A stretch of 64,000 bases of DNA from Candidatus Oleimmundimicrobium sp. (GTDB taxonomy: Bacteria > Actinomycetota > Aquicultoria > UBA3085 > Oleimmundimicrobiaceae), in NCBI RefSeq assembly GCF_030651595.1, contig NZ_JAUSCH010000004.1, positions 74,026-138,025 on the forward strand, read 5' to 3'. The translations under genes and the position numbers were made by a program. This document shows, one piece after another, positions 28,676-39,466 of this stretch. The notes below the pieces were generated by a model. It saw only the letters and a program-made list of their open reading frames with translations, was not told the origin of the DNA and ran no database searches. Numbering within the stretch: position 1 is the stretch's first letter; every line of letters starts with the position of its first letter.

Positions 28676-28701
28676 TCTATCCACAATATATTGTGGATAG
28701 A
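28676..28701 (-). promoter_or_regulatory. NrdR box: perfect 26-bp palindrome TCTATCCACAATATATTGTGGATAGA
   Basis: The core CCACAATATATTGTGG matches the NrdR-box consensus (acaCwAtATaTwGtgt). It lies 24 bp upstream of the nrdR start, and a second weaker box-like CTATATATAG sits at 28715-28724. Confidence 0.75.
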
Positions 28702-28826
28702 TTTCATAGAAATTCTATATATAGTATGTATTATCGGCAACTACTTGAAATTTGTACAGCTTTTTTTAATTTTTTTTTAATTTTGTATCTCTTGCCTACC
28801 ATAATAGCCTTAAAAATTTTTTAAAC

Positions 28827-28840
28827 CGAACGGATGTTTG
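28827..28840 (+). promoter_or_regulatory. LexA (SOS/Cheo) box CGAACGGATGTTTG overlapping the lexA -35
   Basis: Matches the Gram-positive CGAACnnnnGTTCG consensus with one mismatch. It overlaps TTGCAT (-35) and lies 17 bp from TATAAT (28861-28866), immediately upstream of lexA. Confidence 0.65.
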
Positions 28841-28892
28841 CATATAAATTATTCTACTGTTATAATTTTTTAAAAAGTTAAAGGTGGTATTG

Positions 28893-29516
28893 GTGAATAA
28901 CAAAAAATCTCTTACTAAAAGACAACAGCAAATACTTGATTTTATTTTGGCCGAAATCCATAAAAAAGGATATCCCCCATCTGTACGTGATATTGGCAAA
29001 GCTGTTGGTCTTTCATCAACCTCAACCGTTCACAGTCATCTCTCATCGTTAGAAAAAAAGGGATATTTACGTCGAGATCCAGCTAAACCAAGAGCTATCG
29101 AAGTTCTTGGTTTTAGAGAAGCGGAAATCGGGCTTCCCCCAAGTAAAATTAGAAGTGTTCCGGTTGTTGGTCGAATTGCGGCGGGCACACCGCTTTTAGC
29201 CGAAGAAAATATCGAAGATACCTTTCCTCTTCCTGCTGATATGGTTAAAGACAATGCATTCATCTTAAAAACAAAAGGCGATAGCATGGTTGGTGCTGGA
29301 ATATTTGAAAATGATTATCTGGTTGTAAGACAACAATCTACCGCGCAAAATGGTGATATAGTCGTTGCCTTGCTTGGAGAAGAAGCAACTGTCAAAAGAT
29401 TTTACAAAGAGAAGGACAGGATAAGACTTCAACCTGAAAATCCGGCTATGGAACCGATATTCAGCCAAGATGTAATTATTCTAGGTAAAGTAACTGCTCT
29501 GTTGCGACTTCTTTAA
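28893..29516 (+). CDS. lexA: LexA repressor
   Basis: N-terminal wHTH ([12 protein letters not shown]), Ala-Gly cleavage site, and S24 peptidase Ser/Lys residues (GDSMVGAGI...KRF). GTG at 28893 follows an AAAGGTGG RBS. Confidence 0.9.
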   Translation: MNNKKSLTKRQQQILDFILAEIHKKGYPPSVRDIGKAVGLSSTSTVHSHLSSLEKKGYLRRDPAKPRAIEVLGFREAEIGLPPSKIRSVPVVGRIAAGTPLLAEENIEDTFPLPADMVKDNAFILKTKGDSMVGAGIFENDYLVVRQQSTAQNGDIVVALLGEEATVKRFYKEKDRIRLQPENPAMEPIFSQDVIILGKVTALLRLL

Positions 29517-30811
29517 ATTATTTGTTCGATGTTTTTATTTTCCCTTAAAAATTTTTTAAATCCGAGTAGGTAAATTTCTGGAATTTCAATCACTAAAATA
29601 TTCCCGTCTGAAAATTTTTTCTTTGAAATGACCCTTCCTAATTGATATACCTTTTGAAAAATTTTGTTTTCATTGTAGGGTATTTTTAAAGTAATCTTCA
29701 CAGCATTTTGAGTTATAATTTCGTCAATTTTCTTAAGTAAAATTTCAATATTTAAATTTTTAAGTGCGGAAATATACAGCGCATCGGGAAATTTTCTTTT
29801 TATCCTTTTTAGTAATCTTTCGTTAATAGCATCTATTTTATTAAAAACATTTATTTGTGGTTTTCCGGTTGCCCCTATATCACTTAAAATATTTTCAACT
29901 GCCGCTATCTGTTCTTCCATCATCGGAGAACTTAAATTTATTACATGCAAGATTAAATCTGTTTCCCTAATTTCATCTAAAGTTGATTTAAATGAAGCTA
30001 TTAATTGATTGGGAAGATTGCTGATAAACCCAACCGTATCCGAGATAACTACTTTCTGTTTGCTTGGAAGAATAAGTTTTCGTGAAGTAGAATCCAAGGT
30101 GGCAAACAATCTATCTTTAACAAGGACGTCAGCACTGGTTAAAACATTTAAAAGAGTTGATTTGCCCGCGTTGGTGTAACCGACAATTGATATAAGAAAA
30201 ATTTGATTTTTCTTGCGTTGTTTCCTTTGCAAAGAACGTCTTTTGTCGAGTTCTTCAAGTTCCTTTTTTAAGTGTTGGATTCTTTGGTTAATCTTTCTTC
30301 TATCAACTTCAAGTTTTGTTTCGCCTGGGCCGCGTGTTCCGATTCCCCCACCCAACCTTGAAAGTTCCATGCCTTTTCCTTTTAATCTAGGTAATCTATA
30401 GTTTAATTGAGCCAGTTCTACTTGAAGTTTTCCTTCGTTGGAGTGAGCGTGTCGAGCAAAAATATCTAAAATAAGAGCAGTTCGATCGATAATTTTTAAG
30501 TTAATTATTTCTTCTAAATTACCCTGCTGGGAAGGCGTTAGGTTATTATTAAAAATAATAGAAGTTGCTCCCAGCTTTTTAGACAGATTTGCTATTTCTT
30601 TTGCTTTTCCAATACCGATATAGGTTTTTGGATGGGGTTTTTCGCGTTGTTGAATTAACTTCCCCACAACTTTTGCTCTCGCGGTTGCCGAAAGTTGTTC
30701 TAACTCCCGAATAGAATCCTCAATTTCCCAAATTTTTTGACTTGGTTGCTGAAGCGTAACTAAAATAACTTTTTCTTTTAGGGTTTGCTGTGCTCCGTTA
30801 AACGATTTCAT
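29513..30811 (-). CDS. hflX: GTPase HflX
   Basis: HflX N-terminal domain plus a G domain ([19 protein letters not shown]). Confidence 0.85.
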   Translation of the reverse strand: MKSFNGAQQTLKEKVILVTLQQPSQKIWEIEDSIRELEQLSATARAKVVGKLIQQREKPHPKTYIGIGKAKEIANLSKKLGATSIIFNNNLTPSQQGNLEEIINLKIIDRTALILDIFARHAHSNEGKLQVELAQLNYRLPRLKGKGMELSRLGGGIGTRGPGETKLEVDRRKINQRIQHLKKELEELDKRRSLQRKQRKKNQIFLISIVGYTNAGKSTLLNVLTSADVLVKDRLFATLDSTSRKLILPSKQKVVISDTVGFISNLPNQLIASFKSTLDEIRETDLILHVINLSSPMMEEQIAAVENILSDIGATGKPQINVFNKIDAINERLLKRIKRKFPDALYISALKNLNIEILLKKIDEIITQNAVKITLKIPYNENKIFQKVYQLGRVISKKKFSDGNILVIEIPEIYLLGFKKFLRENKNIEQII

Positions 30812-30829
30812 AACACCTTATTAAATTAA

Positions 30830-31987
30830 TTATAATGAGTTCTCGATGCGTTTTAATGCTTCGATTAATCGATCATCCTTAACACTCAAAGAAATCCTTA
30901 CATAGCCCTCGCCCGAGGGTCCGTAAGCATTCCCGGGGGAAATAACCACTCCAGCACTTTCCAAGATGTGGGTCGCGAAACTTGCAGAAGTATATTTATC
31001 CGGAACTCTGACCCAAACATATATAGTTGCTTTGGGAACTGTAAACCCTAAATTCATCTTTCTTAAAGCTTCAACCACCATATTGCGGCGCTTTGCATAT
31101 AAAGAACATATCTGTTTAACACAATCCTGAGAACCTTCGAGGGCCGCTATTCCAGCATATTGAATGGCGTTAAAAATACCTGAGTCAACATTGGTCTTAA
31201 CTCTTCCCAATGCTTCAATGCCCATTTTATTCCCAATAGCAAAGCCAATTCTCCAACCTGTCATATTGTAAGTTTTTGACAACGACTGAAATTCAATTCC
31301 AACATTTTTTGCCCCTGGAACCTCTAAAAAGCTTGACGGAACATATCCATCATAAGCAATTTCAGAATAAGCATTGTCGTGACAGACTAATATGTCGTAT
31401 TTTTTTGCAAAAGCAACAACTTCCTCAAAAAATTCAAGCGACGCTGTCGCTGAAGTTGGATTATTTGGGTAATTTATAAACATTATCTTTGCCCTTCTTG
31501 CAACTTCCTTATTAATTTTTGTTAAATCAGGCAGATAATTATTTTTAGAAAGAAGGGGCATGTAGTAAGGCTTTCCGCCTGCTAAAATTGTCCCTACTTT
31601 ATAAACAGGATAACCTGGATCTGGAATTAACGCTATGTCTCCGGGATCTATAAATGCTAAAAATATATGCGCTATCCCCTCTTTTGAGCCAATTAAGGGT
31701 AAAATTTCCGAATCGGCCTCAAAGTTCAAGTTGAACCTGTTTTTACAAAAATTGGCAATTGCTTCTCTAAATCCAGGCATTCCGAAATATGATGGATACC
31801 TATGATTTTCAGGGTTACGCGCTTGCTCACAGAGCATATCTATTATATGAGAAGGTGTTGGCTCAACAGGGTCACCAATACCCAAACTAATCACATCAAC
31901 TCCTTCAGCCCTTTTTTGAGCTATTTTTTTATCAATTTCAGCAAATAAATACGGTGGTAAATTTTTAATTCGTTGTGCTTGTTTCAA
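30830..31987 (-). CDS. dapL: LL-diaminopimelate aminotransferase (class I PLP aminotransferase)
   Basis: Class I aminotransferase with PLP-lysine motif [14 protein letters not shown] and the N-terminal [12 protein letters not shown] segment typical of DapL. It is adjacent to dapF. Confidence 0.6.
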   Translation of the reverse strand: MKQAQRIKNLPPYLFAEIDKKIAQKRAEGVDVISLGIGDPVEPTPSHIIDMLCEQARNPENHRYPSYFGMPGFREAIANFCKNRFNLNFEADSEILPLIGSKEGIAHIFLAFIDPGDIALIPDPGYPVYKVGTILAGGKPYYMPLLSKNNYLPDLTKINKEVARRAKIMFINYPNNPTSATASLEFFEEVVAFAKKYDILVCHDNAYSEIAYDGYVPSSFLEVPGAKNVGIEFQSLSKTYNMTGWRIGFAIGNKMGIEALGRVKTNVDSGIFNAIQYAGIAALEGSQDCVKQICSLYAKRRNMVVEALRKMNLGFTVPKATIYVWVRVPDKYTSASFATHILESAGVVISPGNAYGPSGEGYVRISLSVKDDRLIEALKRIENSL

Positions 31988-32859
31988 TTACAGTCCTCCT
32001 GGTTTAAGTAAATTTTTCCGGTAAATATTTCTTTAGCGGGGCCTATCATTGAAACATCATTATTCATAATTTCTATTTCAAGATCTCCCCCTAAAAGATG
32101 GACTGAAACTCGTTTTTGAGTTAATCCGAGCTTATTAGCTGCAACTACGGTTGCACATGCCCCTGTGCCACAGGCTAAAGTTTCGCCAACTCCTCTTTCC
32201 CATACTCTTAGTTTTATTTCACTTTTGTTAACAACTTGCGCAAATTCTACGTTTGTTTTATTTGGAAATATTTTCATGTTTTCAATTTTTGGTCCAATAA
32301 TATCTATCGGAACATTAGAAACGTTCTTAACAAAAATTACACAATGGGGATTGCCCGTCGAAACACAAGTAATTTTAAGTTTTTGACTATCAACCTCAAT
32401 TTCTTCATCAATAAGCTCTTTTTTTTCAATATTTATGGGAATATCAATCGCTTTAAAAGAGAAATTCCCCATATTGACCTTGGCGCCTGCAACTTCCTTG
32501 TTGTTAAAGATTAATTGAACATCTTTTATTCCACCCGGCGTTTCTATGCTAACGGTATCTTTAGTAATCAAACATTGATCATATAAAAATTTTGCAAAAC
32601 AACGGATTCCGTTACCGCACATTTCGGCCATGGTCCCATCTGAGTTATAAAAAAGCATAAAAAACTCCGCTTTGGAACTCATCGGAGGCCTAACAAGTAT
32701 CACTCCATCCGCCCCTATTCCAAAATGCCTGTTACAAAGCCAGCGTATTTTTTCAGGATTCAGCTCAATTATTTTTTTTAAATCGCTAATTAATATAAAA
32801 TCATTGCCTGCTCCTTGTGATTTTATAAATTCCAAAACTTTATTCACTTTTCCTCCCAA
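31984..32859 (-). CDS. dapF: diaminopimelate epimerase
   Basis: Two DapF repeats with catalytic Cys motifs (EMCGNGIRC and LACGTGACA). Confidence 0.85.
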   Translation of the reverse strand: MGGKVNKVLEFIKSQGAGNDFILISDLKKIIELNPEKIRWLCNRHFGIGADGVILVRPPMSSKAEFFMLFYNSDGTMAEMCGNGIRCFAKFLYDQCLITKDTVSIETPGGIKDVQLIFNNKEVAGAKVNMGNFSFKAIDIPINIEKKELIDEEIEVDSQKLKITCVSTGNPHCVIFVKNVSNVPIDIIGPKIENMKIFPNKTNVEFAQVVNKSEIKLRVWERGVGETLACGTGACATVVAANKLGLTQKRVSVHLLGGDLEIEIMNNDVSMIGPAKEIFTGKIYLNQEDCN

Positions 32860-33796
32860 AATCTAAATTATCTATAATTTCGTTCACAATCAACGATTGT
32901 TCCTTCCCGTCAGTATCTATCCACTTTATTCTTTTATCGCGTTTAAACCAGGTAAGTTGCCTTTTTGCAAAATTCTTTGTTCTTTGTTTAATTAATTCTT
33001 TAGCTTCGTCTAAGACAATTTGACCATTTAAATAACGGATTATTTCCTTGTATCCAAGCGCTTGAAGAGCTGTTGTGGATTTTAATTTACCAGACGAAAC
33101 TAATTTTTCGACCTCTTCAACCAGTCCGTTTTTGAACATTTGTTCAACTCGTTTATCTATCTTAGCATAAAGTTTTTCACGATTTAAATTTAGTCCAAAA
33201 ATTTTTACATTATAAAGCGAGCTCTCTTTTTCCCAATTTTTGTGATAGTCTGCGTATGATTTACCCGTAATGTTAACTATTTCAAGAGCGCGTATTAACC
33301 TTCTAATGTTATTTGGATGGATTTTTTTAGCTGCACTGGGATCAAGTTTTGATAATTGTTTGTGGAGAGATTTTGGGTCATCTTTAGCTTGTTTCTCTAT
33401 ATCTTGACGAAAAGTAGACTTCAGTGTTCCTTTGGGGAAACCAAGCTCATCGATTACAGCTTTTATATATAAGCCGGATCCACCAACCAGTATTGGCAGT
33501 TTGTCTCTCTGAAGGATGCTGAAAATTGCTTTACGAGCTAATTTCTGATATTCGGCCACACTAAAATTTTCAGTTGGTTCCGCAACGTCTATGAGATGGT
33601 GCTTGACTCCTTGCATCTCGTCAGAACTTAGCTTTGCCGTTCCAATAGACATTCCTTTATAAACCTGCATTGAATCGGCAGAAATAATTTCGCCATTATG
33701 CTTTTTAGCCAGTTCAATGGCAATTTTGCTTTTACCAACAGCTGTTGGGCCGACTATGACGAGAACTTTTTCCTTAATTGTTTCATCTATTTTCAC
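32840..33796 (-). CDS. miaA: tRNA dimethylallyltransferase
   Basis: P-loop GPTAVGKS followed by IPT-family motifs (DSMQVYKGM). Confidence 0.9.
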   Translation of the reverse strand: MKIDETIKEKVLVIVGPTAVGKSKIAIELAKKHNGEIISADSMQVYKGMSIGTAKLSSDEMQGVKHHLIDVAEPTENFSVAEYQKLARKAIFSILQRDKLPILVGGSGLYIKAVIDELGFPKGTLKSTFRQDIEKQAKDDPKSLHKQLSKLDPSAAKKIHPNNIRRLIRALEIVNITGKSYADYHKNWEKESSLYNVKIFGLNLNREKLYAKIDKRVEQMFKNGLVEEVEKLVSSGKLKSTTALQALGYKEIIRYLNGQIVLDEAKELIKQRTKNFAKRQLTWFKRDKRIKWIDTDGKEQSLIVNEIIDNLDFGRKSE

Positions 33797-33838
33797 GGTT
33801 CAGTGTTATACCATCTTTCAAAAATTAGATCTCTTTAA

Positions 33839-35035
33839 TTAATTGAGTGCTTCAACTAATTTATCGACAATAATTCGGGCAATTTCCCTCTTTGTCATGC
33901 AGGGTAAAGCATCCGGTTTACCTTTCTTGCCAATGATAGTGATTTCATTAACGTCTTCCCCGAAACCAATTCCTGGTTTTGAAATATCGTTTGCAATAAT
34001 TAAATCAAGATTTTTTTCTTCAAGTTTTTGTTTTGCGTTTTTTATTAAATTCTCAGTTTCTGCGGCAAAACCTATTAATATTTGTCTGTCCTTTATTTTA
34101 CCTAATTCCCCAATGATGTCCGAGTTACGTTTTAATTTTAAATTAAAAGTAGTTGCCCCGTCTTTTTTTATTTTTTTTGTAGATATTTTACATGGACTAA
34201 AATCAGCAACCGCTGCCGACATGATAACCGCATCACATTTGTCGAAGTATCTCAACACTTCGCGGTGTATATCTAAAGCGGTGTTTACCGATATTAAATT
34301 GACATTTTGAGGAATCGGTAAACACGTAGGGGTACTTATAAGTGTTGTTTTTGCCCCTCGTTTTATCAATTCATTTGCAATTGCGTACCCTGTTTTGCCG
34401 GAGGATTTATTGCCTATAAACCTAACTGGATCAATTGGTTCTCGTGTCCCACCTGCCGTAACTATGATTGAGTAATTTTCAAGATCTTTGCCTCTAGCCA
34501 ACTCAAACTTAACAGCTTCAACAATAGATTCAACTTCTGCTAATTTGCCTATCCCCTCTTCACCGCAGGCCAATTTGCCATATGCCGGTTCGATTATTCT
34601 ACAACCAAGACTTTTTAATTGATTTAAACTTTTCTGAGTCACCTCGTTTAAAAACATCTTGTTATTCATTGCTGGGGCAAAAATTATAGGTACGTTTGCG
34701 GCAAGGATTGTGGTTGAAAGAAGGTCGTCTGCCACTCCATTAGCTACTTTATTTATAATATTACCGGTTGCAGGAGCAACTAAAATAATATCGGCTTCAT
34801 CGCTAAGCGAAATGTGATATATATCTTTTTCAGAATTTTCTTTAAATAGTTCAATTGCGACCGGTTGATTTGTTATTGTTTTAAAAGTCAATGGAGTTAT
34901 AAATTTTGTGGCAGCTGAAGTCATTACTACTTTTACTGTGGCACCATCTTTAATTAATTTTCTTGCTATCTCAATTGCTTTATAAGCTGCAATACTTCCA
35001 CTTACACCGAAAATAATTGTTTTTTCTTTAAGCAT
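33839..35035 (-). CDS. coaBC: bifunctional phosphopantothenoylcysteine decarboxylase / phosphopantothenate-cysteine ligase
   Basis: N-terminal flavoprotein domain plus C-terminal DFP/CoaB domain, 398 aa. Confidence 0.85.
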   Translation of the reverse strand: MLKEKTIIFGVSGSIAAYKAIEIARKLIKDGATVKVVMTSAATKFITPLTFKTITNQPVAIELFKENSEKDIYHISLSDEADIILVAPATGNIINKVANGVADDLLSTTILAANVPIIFAPAMNNKMFLNEVTQKSLNQLKSLGCRIIEPAYGKLACGEEGIGKLAEVESIVEAVKFELARGKDLENYSIIVTAGGTREPIDPVRFIGNKSSGKTGYAIANELIKRGAKTTLISTPTCLPIPQNVNLISVNTALDIHREVLRYFDKCDAVIMSAAVADFSPCKISTKKIKKDGATTFNLKLKRNSDIIGELGKIKDRQILIGFAAETENLIKNAKQKLEEKNLDLIIANDISKPGIGFGEDVNEITIIGKKGKPDALPCMTKREIARIIVDKLVEALN

Positions 35036-35078
35036 TAGATTACCTTACATCCAGCTAAATATTTAAAACAAATTTTTA

Positions 35079-35324
35079 TTATTTAATTCCGTCTTTTAAA
35101 CGCTTATAAGTTACTTTTCCTTCGACAATTTCTTTGAGAGCAATATCCAAGGGTTTATATGACTTAAGTTTTTCATTAGCCGGAGCTAAAGCATCTAAGC
35201 CCATTCTGTAATCAGAGCTAAGTAATTCATTTATCTGCCTGGCTCGTTTTGCAGATAATATAACCAGCGTATATCTGCTGTCAACTTTTTCAAGTAAATC
35301 GTTGAGATTTGGACATAATAACAT
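35079..35324 (-). CDS. rpoZ: DNA-directed RNA polymerase subunit omega
   Basis: 81 aa with the RpoZ signature (YTLVILSAKRARQI), in a gmk-rpoZ context. Confidence 0.8.
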   Translation of the reverse strand: MLLCPNLNDLLEKVDSRYTLVILSAKRARQINELLSSDYRMGLDALAPANEKLKSYKPLDIALKEIVEGKVTYKRLKDGIK

Positions 35325-35344
35325 TCTTTTAATTCCTCCAAATA

Positions 35345-35929
35345 TTATAAAATTATAGTAGTTTTTTTTCTTCGTTCTTGTTCAATAATTTTTACAAGTT
35401 TTTCAGTTGTTTTTTTTAAATCTTTATTTACTATTACATAATCATATTTATTCGCAAACTTCATTTCAATTTTAGCTATATTTAAACGGTGTTTAATATC
35501 TTCTTCTCCCTCAGTTTTTCTATTGATTAATCTTTCTCTTAATTCTGCAAAGGAAGGTGGCTTTATAAAAATTAAAATCGAGTTAGGGATCTTCCTCTTG
35601 ATTTTTAATGCTCCCTGAACATCAAGCTCAAGAATTACATCATTTCCGTCTCGAAGATGATCCCTAACCGTGTCTTTAAGTGTTCCATATTTTTTAGAAT
35701 GAACAGTTGCCCACTCTAAAAACTCATCATTTTTTATTTTCTTATCGAATTCCTCTTCGGATAAGAAATAATAATTTAAATCTGGTCGCTCGCCGACCCG
35801 CTTCTTTCTAGTGGTTGATGAAACCGATAGTTCAATATCATCAAACTTTTTCATTATTTCTGAAATTAACGTTCCTTTTCCTGTACCCGAAGGACCAGAA
35901 ATTACAAATAATTTTCTATCAGCTTTCAT
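35345..35929 (-). CDS. gmk: guanylate kinase
   Basis: P-loop GPSGTGKGT and guanylate kinase family motifs. Confidence 0.9.
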   Translation of the reverse strand: MKADRKLFVISGPSGTGKGTLISEIMKKFDDIELSVSSTTRKKRVGERPDLNYYFLSEEEFDKKIKNDEFLEWATVHSKKYGTLKDTVRDHLRDGNDVILELDVQGALKIKRKIPNSILIFIKPPSFAELRERLINRKTEGEEDIKHRLNIAKIEMKFANKYDYVIVNKDLKKTTEKLVKIIEQERRKKTTIIL

Positions 35930-36237
35930 TAAGCAAGTTCTTTAGTTAGTTGCTCTTTTTGACGAGACCCAAGTCCAGCAATTCTCCTTGTGCTGCTAAT
36001 TTTTAATTGCTCCATAATTTTTTGGCTTCTTACTTTACCGATTCCCGGAAGTGAATTTAACAAATCTAAAACCTTCATTCTTCCAACAATAGGGTCTGAG
36101 GATTTGTTTAAAACCTCACTTAACGAAACGTTCCCTTTCTTGATTTTTGCCTTTAGCTGCGCTCTCTTTTGACGAGTTTCAACAGCTTTTTTTAATGCTG
36201 CCTTGCGATCAGCGTCAGAAAGTTGTGGTAATGCCAT
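35929..36237 (-). CDS. mihF: actinobacterial-type integration host factor (mIHF-like HhH DNA-binding protein)
   Basis: MALPQLSDADRKAALKKAVETRQKRAQLK...LPGIGKVRSQKIMEQLKISSTRRIAGLG closely parallels mycobacterial mIHF, and the mIHF-gmk-rpoZ gene order is conserved. Confidence 0.7.
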   Translation of the reverse strand: MALPQLSDADRKAALKKAVETRQKRAQLKAKIKKGNVSLSEVLNKSSDPIVGRMKVLDLLNSLPGIGKVRSQKIMEQLKISSTRRIAGLGSRQKEQLTKELA

Positions 36238-36273
36238 AATGTTTCCTCCTTTAGTTTTTTAACTACCAGCGAT

Positions 36274-36302
36274 ATTATACATATAACTTTTTAAGATGGC
36301 AA
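36274..36302 (-). promoter_or_regulatory. sigma-70-type promoter for the mihF-gmk-rpoZ-coaBC operon
   Basis: On the minus strand this reads TTGCCA-N17-TGtTATAAT (extended -10), followed by an AAGGAGG RBS and the mihF ATG. Confidence 0.5.
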
Positions 36303-36354
36303 CCATTAACCTGCTTAAATAAAAATTTTTTCTATTTGCATATTTGCATAAAAT

Positions 36355-36960
36355 TTATACACTATGTAATCCTCTGCTTCCCGGGCTCGATAAAGGTATC
36401 TTTTTTTTGCAAAGAGGGCATTGTTTTGGCTCGTAAGATGATGCGGAAATTTTAGCAAGCGAATGAACCGACCCTGTAAAATTTTTTTTCTCACCCCTAT
36501 CAACCAAGCATGTTATTCCCACAACTTCTGCATTAAAATCATTTACTAAATCGACAATCTCTTTAATTGAGCCACCTTTGGTAATAACATCATCAACGAT
36601 TAAAACTTTTTCGCCTTCGCGAATTCGAAAACCTCTTCTCAGAACCATCTTATCTCTTACTCTTTCTGCAAATATAAATTTTTTGTCTAAGGCTTGAGCA
36701 ACTGCAAATCCGAGAACTATACCACCCACGGCCGGCGCCGCAACAACATCAATGGGCAAATCAAAATATGGCTCACTCATAGCGATAGCAACTCGATTAG
36801 TGAATGATGGGTATTCAAGCACTTTCATACATTGTATATAGGTATCACTATGATAGCCTGACGATAATTTAAAATGGCCGGTCTTTAATGCCCCATAACT
36901 TTTTAATGCTTCTAATAATTCTTCTCTCTCAATCACCTTTTTTAACCCCCTCGATTTCAT
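36355..36960 (-). CDS. pyrE: orotate phosphoribosyltransferase
   Basis: PRTase PRPP-binding motif (KVLIVDDVITKGGS). Confidence 0.9.
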   Translation of the reverse strand: MKSRGLKKVIEREELLEALKSYGALKTGHFKLSSGYHSDTYIQCMKVLEYPSFTNRVAIAMSEPYFDLPIDVVAAPAVGGIVLGFAVAQALDKKFIFAERVRDKMVLRRGFRIREGEKVLIVDDVITKGGSIKEIVDLVNDFNAEVVGITCLVDRGEKKNFTGSVHSLAKISASSYEPKQCPLCKKKIPLSSPGSRGLHSV

Positions 36961-37654
36961 TTAATATTTTTTTGGCCTTAATTTTGGGATTTTCATCTTT
37001 AATAATCGGCCTGCCAATTACCACATAATTTGCCCCAGCAGCTATGGCCTCCGAAGGAGACATTACTCTTTTTTGATCTATTGCGGCTTCACCTTTTGGC
37101 CTTATTCCCGGAACAACAATTATTTTATCTTTCCCAATGGCCTGTCTTAAATCTAAAATTTCATTAGGCGAAGACACCACTCCGTCTAAACCGGCCTTCA
37201 TGGCCATAGTAGCAAGATTAACCACTTGCTCATTAACCTTTTTTTTAATTCCCATATCTGTTAGGTCATTATTGTCTAAACTTGTTAAAATTGTAACGCC
37301 TAAAATCGCTGGTGGGCTTATTTTTAACCTTAACGACTCTTCTTTTGTTGCTTCTGCGGCCCATTTCATCATATTAAAGCCTCCTTGGGTGTGAATTGTA
37401 AACATGCCAACACCCATCTTGACAATTTCTCTACAAGCTCCAGCAACTTGATTGGGTATATCGTGAAGCTTTAAATCCAAAAAAACATTAGCTCCTGTTT
37501 CTTTAATTGCTTTTACTACACCGGGCCCTTCCGCCAAAAAAAGCTCTAAGCCAACTTTAAATAAATCAACTTGATCTTCAAGTTGATGGCAAATTTTTAA
37601 AGCTTTGTCTTGTGATGAAACATCAAGCGCCACAATTAAAGGATTTTTTTTCAT
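36929..37654 (-). CDS. pyrF: orotidine 5'-phosphate decarboxylase
   Basis: OMPdecase motifs (IVALDV, DLKLHDIPN). Confidence 0.9.
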   Translation of the reverse strand: MKKNPLIVALDVSSQDKALKICHQLEDQVDLFKVGLELFLAEGPGVVKAIKETGANVFLDLKLHDIPNQVAGACREIVKMGVGMFTIHTQGGFNMMKWAAEATKEESLRLKISPPAILGVTILTSLDNNDLTDMGIKKKVNEQVVNLATMAMKAGLDGVVSSPNEILDLRQAIGKDKIIVVPGIRPKGEAAIDQKRVMSPSEAIAAGANYVVIGRPIIKDENPKIKAKKILNEIEGVKKGD

Positions 37655-38571
37655 ACTTTCACTTGCCCCACTATATCTGATATATCACTAATATCTTTTA
37701 TTGTTAAAAATTCTTCGAGTTCTTCTATTAGTTTAATTGTAGCTTCCGGGTCTATAAAATTGGCAGTTCCAACAGCTACTGCTTTTGCTCCTGCCAGGAA
37801 GAACTCCAACGCATCATAACAATTCATTATACCGCCCATACCAATTATCGGAATATTTATTGCTTTCGATATCTTCCAGACCATCCCCACCGCAACGGGC
37901 TTTATAGCTGGCCCAGATAAGCCACCTACAATATTTGCAAGCTGCGGTTTAAATGATTGGGGATCGATAGCCATTCCTAAAATTGTATTTATTAAAGATA
38001 CGGCATCAGCTCCCGCGTCTTCAACACCCTTGGCAATTTCGTCAATATTACCAACATTGGGAGACAATTTAACAATAAGCGGAAGCTTTGTTGTCTTTCT
38101 GACTGCTGAGGTTAATTTTATAGCTGATTTGACATTTAAGCCAAAAGATAATCCGCCGGACTTTACATTTGGACATGAAACATTAAGCTCAATGCCTTTT
38201 ACCACATCTTTCTCTGAAAGTTGTTCGACAACGGCAACATATTCTTCAATCGTGTTTCCGGCTACATTAACTATTACCGGTACATTAAATTTTTTAAGAA
38301 ATTCCAAGTCTTCGGCAATAAAATTTTTGACACCTTTATTTTGAAGTCCTATTGAATTTAACATTCCACAAGGGGTTTCATAAACGCGCGGTCCAGGATT
38401 TCCCGTTTGTTTTTTAAGAGTTACCCCTTTTGTTACAATTGCGCCAAGTTTTGACAAATCAATAAAGTTTGAATATTCCAATCCACTTCCAAATGTACCA
38501 GACGCAGTCATTACTGGATTTTTCATTTTAATTCCGGCAATTTCTACCCTTAGGTTTGGTTTCAAATTCAT
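37651..38571 (-). CDS. pyrD: dihydroorotate dehydrogenase 1B, catalytic subunit
   Basis: Class 1 DHOD TIM-barrel motifs (ASGTFG, catalytic Cys in NVSCPN). Confidence 0.9.
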   Translation of the reverse strand: MNLKPNLRVEIAGIKMKNPVMTASGTFGSGLEYSNFIDLSKLGAIVTKGVTLKKQTGNPGPRVYETPCGMLNSIGLQNKGVKNFIAEDLEFLKKFNVPVIVNVAGNTIEEYVAVVEQLSEKDVVKGIELNVSCPNVKSGGLSFGLNVKSAIKLTSAVRKTTKLPLIVKLSPNVGNIDEIAKGVEDAGADAVSLINTILGMAIDPQSFKPQLANIVGGLSGPAIKPVAVGMVWKISKAINIPIIGMGGIMNCYDALEFFLAGAKAVAVGTANFIDPEATIKLIEELEEFLTIKDISDISDIVGQVKV

Positions 38572-38577
38572 ACCTTT

Positions 38578-39354
38578 CTAATCCCAAATAATTTCAGAAG
38601 CATCAAAGACTGGTCCGTCGGCGCAAACCCGCTTATAACCATTTATAGTGTTACAAACACAAGAAAGACAGGCTCCTATTCCACAAGCCATCCGTTCTTC
38701 AAGAGATATAAAACAAGGTACCTTATTTTGCTTCGCAATTAAAGCAACTTGTTTCAACATTGGTTCCGGCCCGCAGGCAAAAATCGTATCAGGTTTTTTG
38801 CTCTGCTTTAAGTAATCTAAGAGCAACTCAACAGTCGTGCCCTTTAACCCAAGACTACCATCATCTGTTGAGTAATGAATTCTATCAGCAATCTTTTCTT
38901 GTAACGAAAAATCAATAACTTTTTTATAATTGGCAAAACCAATTAACATATCAAAAATGATTTCTGTCGAATAAAGTTTCTCCGCCAAAAAAGTCAGGGG
39001 AGCAATTCCTATTCCACCCGATACAAGGAGCACTTTTTTGCAATTATTGGAAAGTTTAAATCCATTGCCAAGAGGGCCAATTATATCTAAATAACTATTA
39101 ACTTCAGCTTCAGCAAGCGACTCGGTCCCCTTGCCAACAACTTGAAAAAGAATTTCAAAAGTCTCCTTGCTTGCTTGTCTGTACACGCTGAAAGGCCTTC
39201 GTAAAATAAAACTCTTTCCTTTTCCGCATTCAACATGCACAAATTGACCCGGGATTGCACTCGATGCAATTTCCGGGCACAAAAGCGACAACTTAAAAAT
39301 ACTCGGCGCTACCTGTTCTTTATTTAAAATTTTAGCTTTCACATGAGCCATCAA
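38578..39354 (-). CDS. pyrK: dihydroorotate dehydrogenase electron-transfer subunit
   Basis: FAD/NAD-binding fold and a C-terminal 2Fe-2S Cys cluster (CGIGACLSCVC). Confidence 0.85.
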   Translation of the reverse strand: MMAHVKAKILNKEQVAPSIFKLSLLCPEIASSAIPGQFVHVECGKGKSFILRRPFSVYRQASKETFEILFQVVGKGTESLAEAEVNSYLDIIGPLGNGFKLSNNCKKVLLVSGGIGIAPLTFLAEKLYSTEIIFDMLIGFANYKKVIDFSLQEKIADRIHYSTDDGSLGLKGTTVELLLDYLKQSKKPDTIFACGPEPMLKQVALIAKQNKVPCFISLEERMACGIGACLSCVCNTINGYKRVCADGPVFDASEIIWD

Positions 39355-39466
39355 TTAACACCAGCGTTATAATAATTTTGAATTTCCTTAGCGTCAACCT
39401 ATCCATCTTTTCTAAGCTGCAAAATAGCTTCTTTTTTACGTTTACTTATCTGGGTCTTCGTTAATT

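Noticed and set aside
36315-36503. 62-aa ORF between mihF and pyrE
   Set aside because: It overlaps the pyrE coding region in another frame, has no RBS, and has AT-rich low-complexity translation. It is likely spurious.
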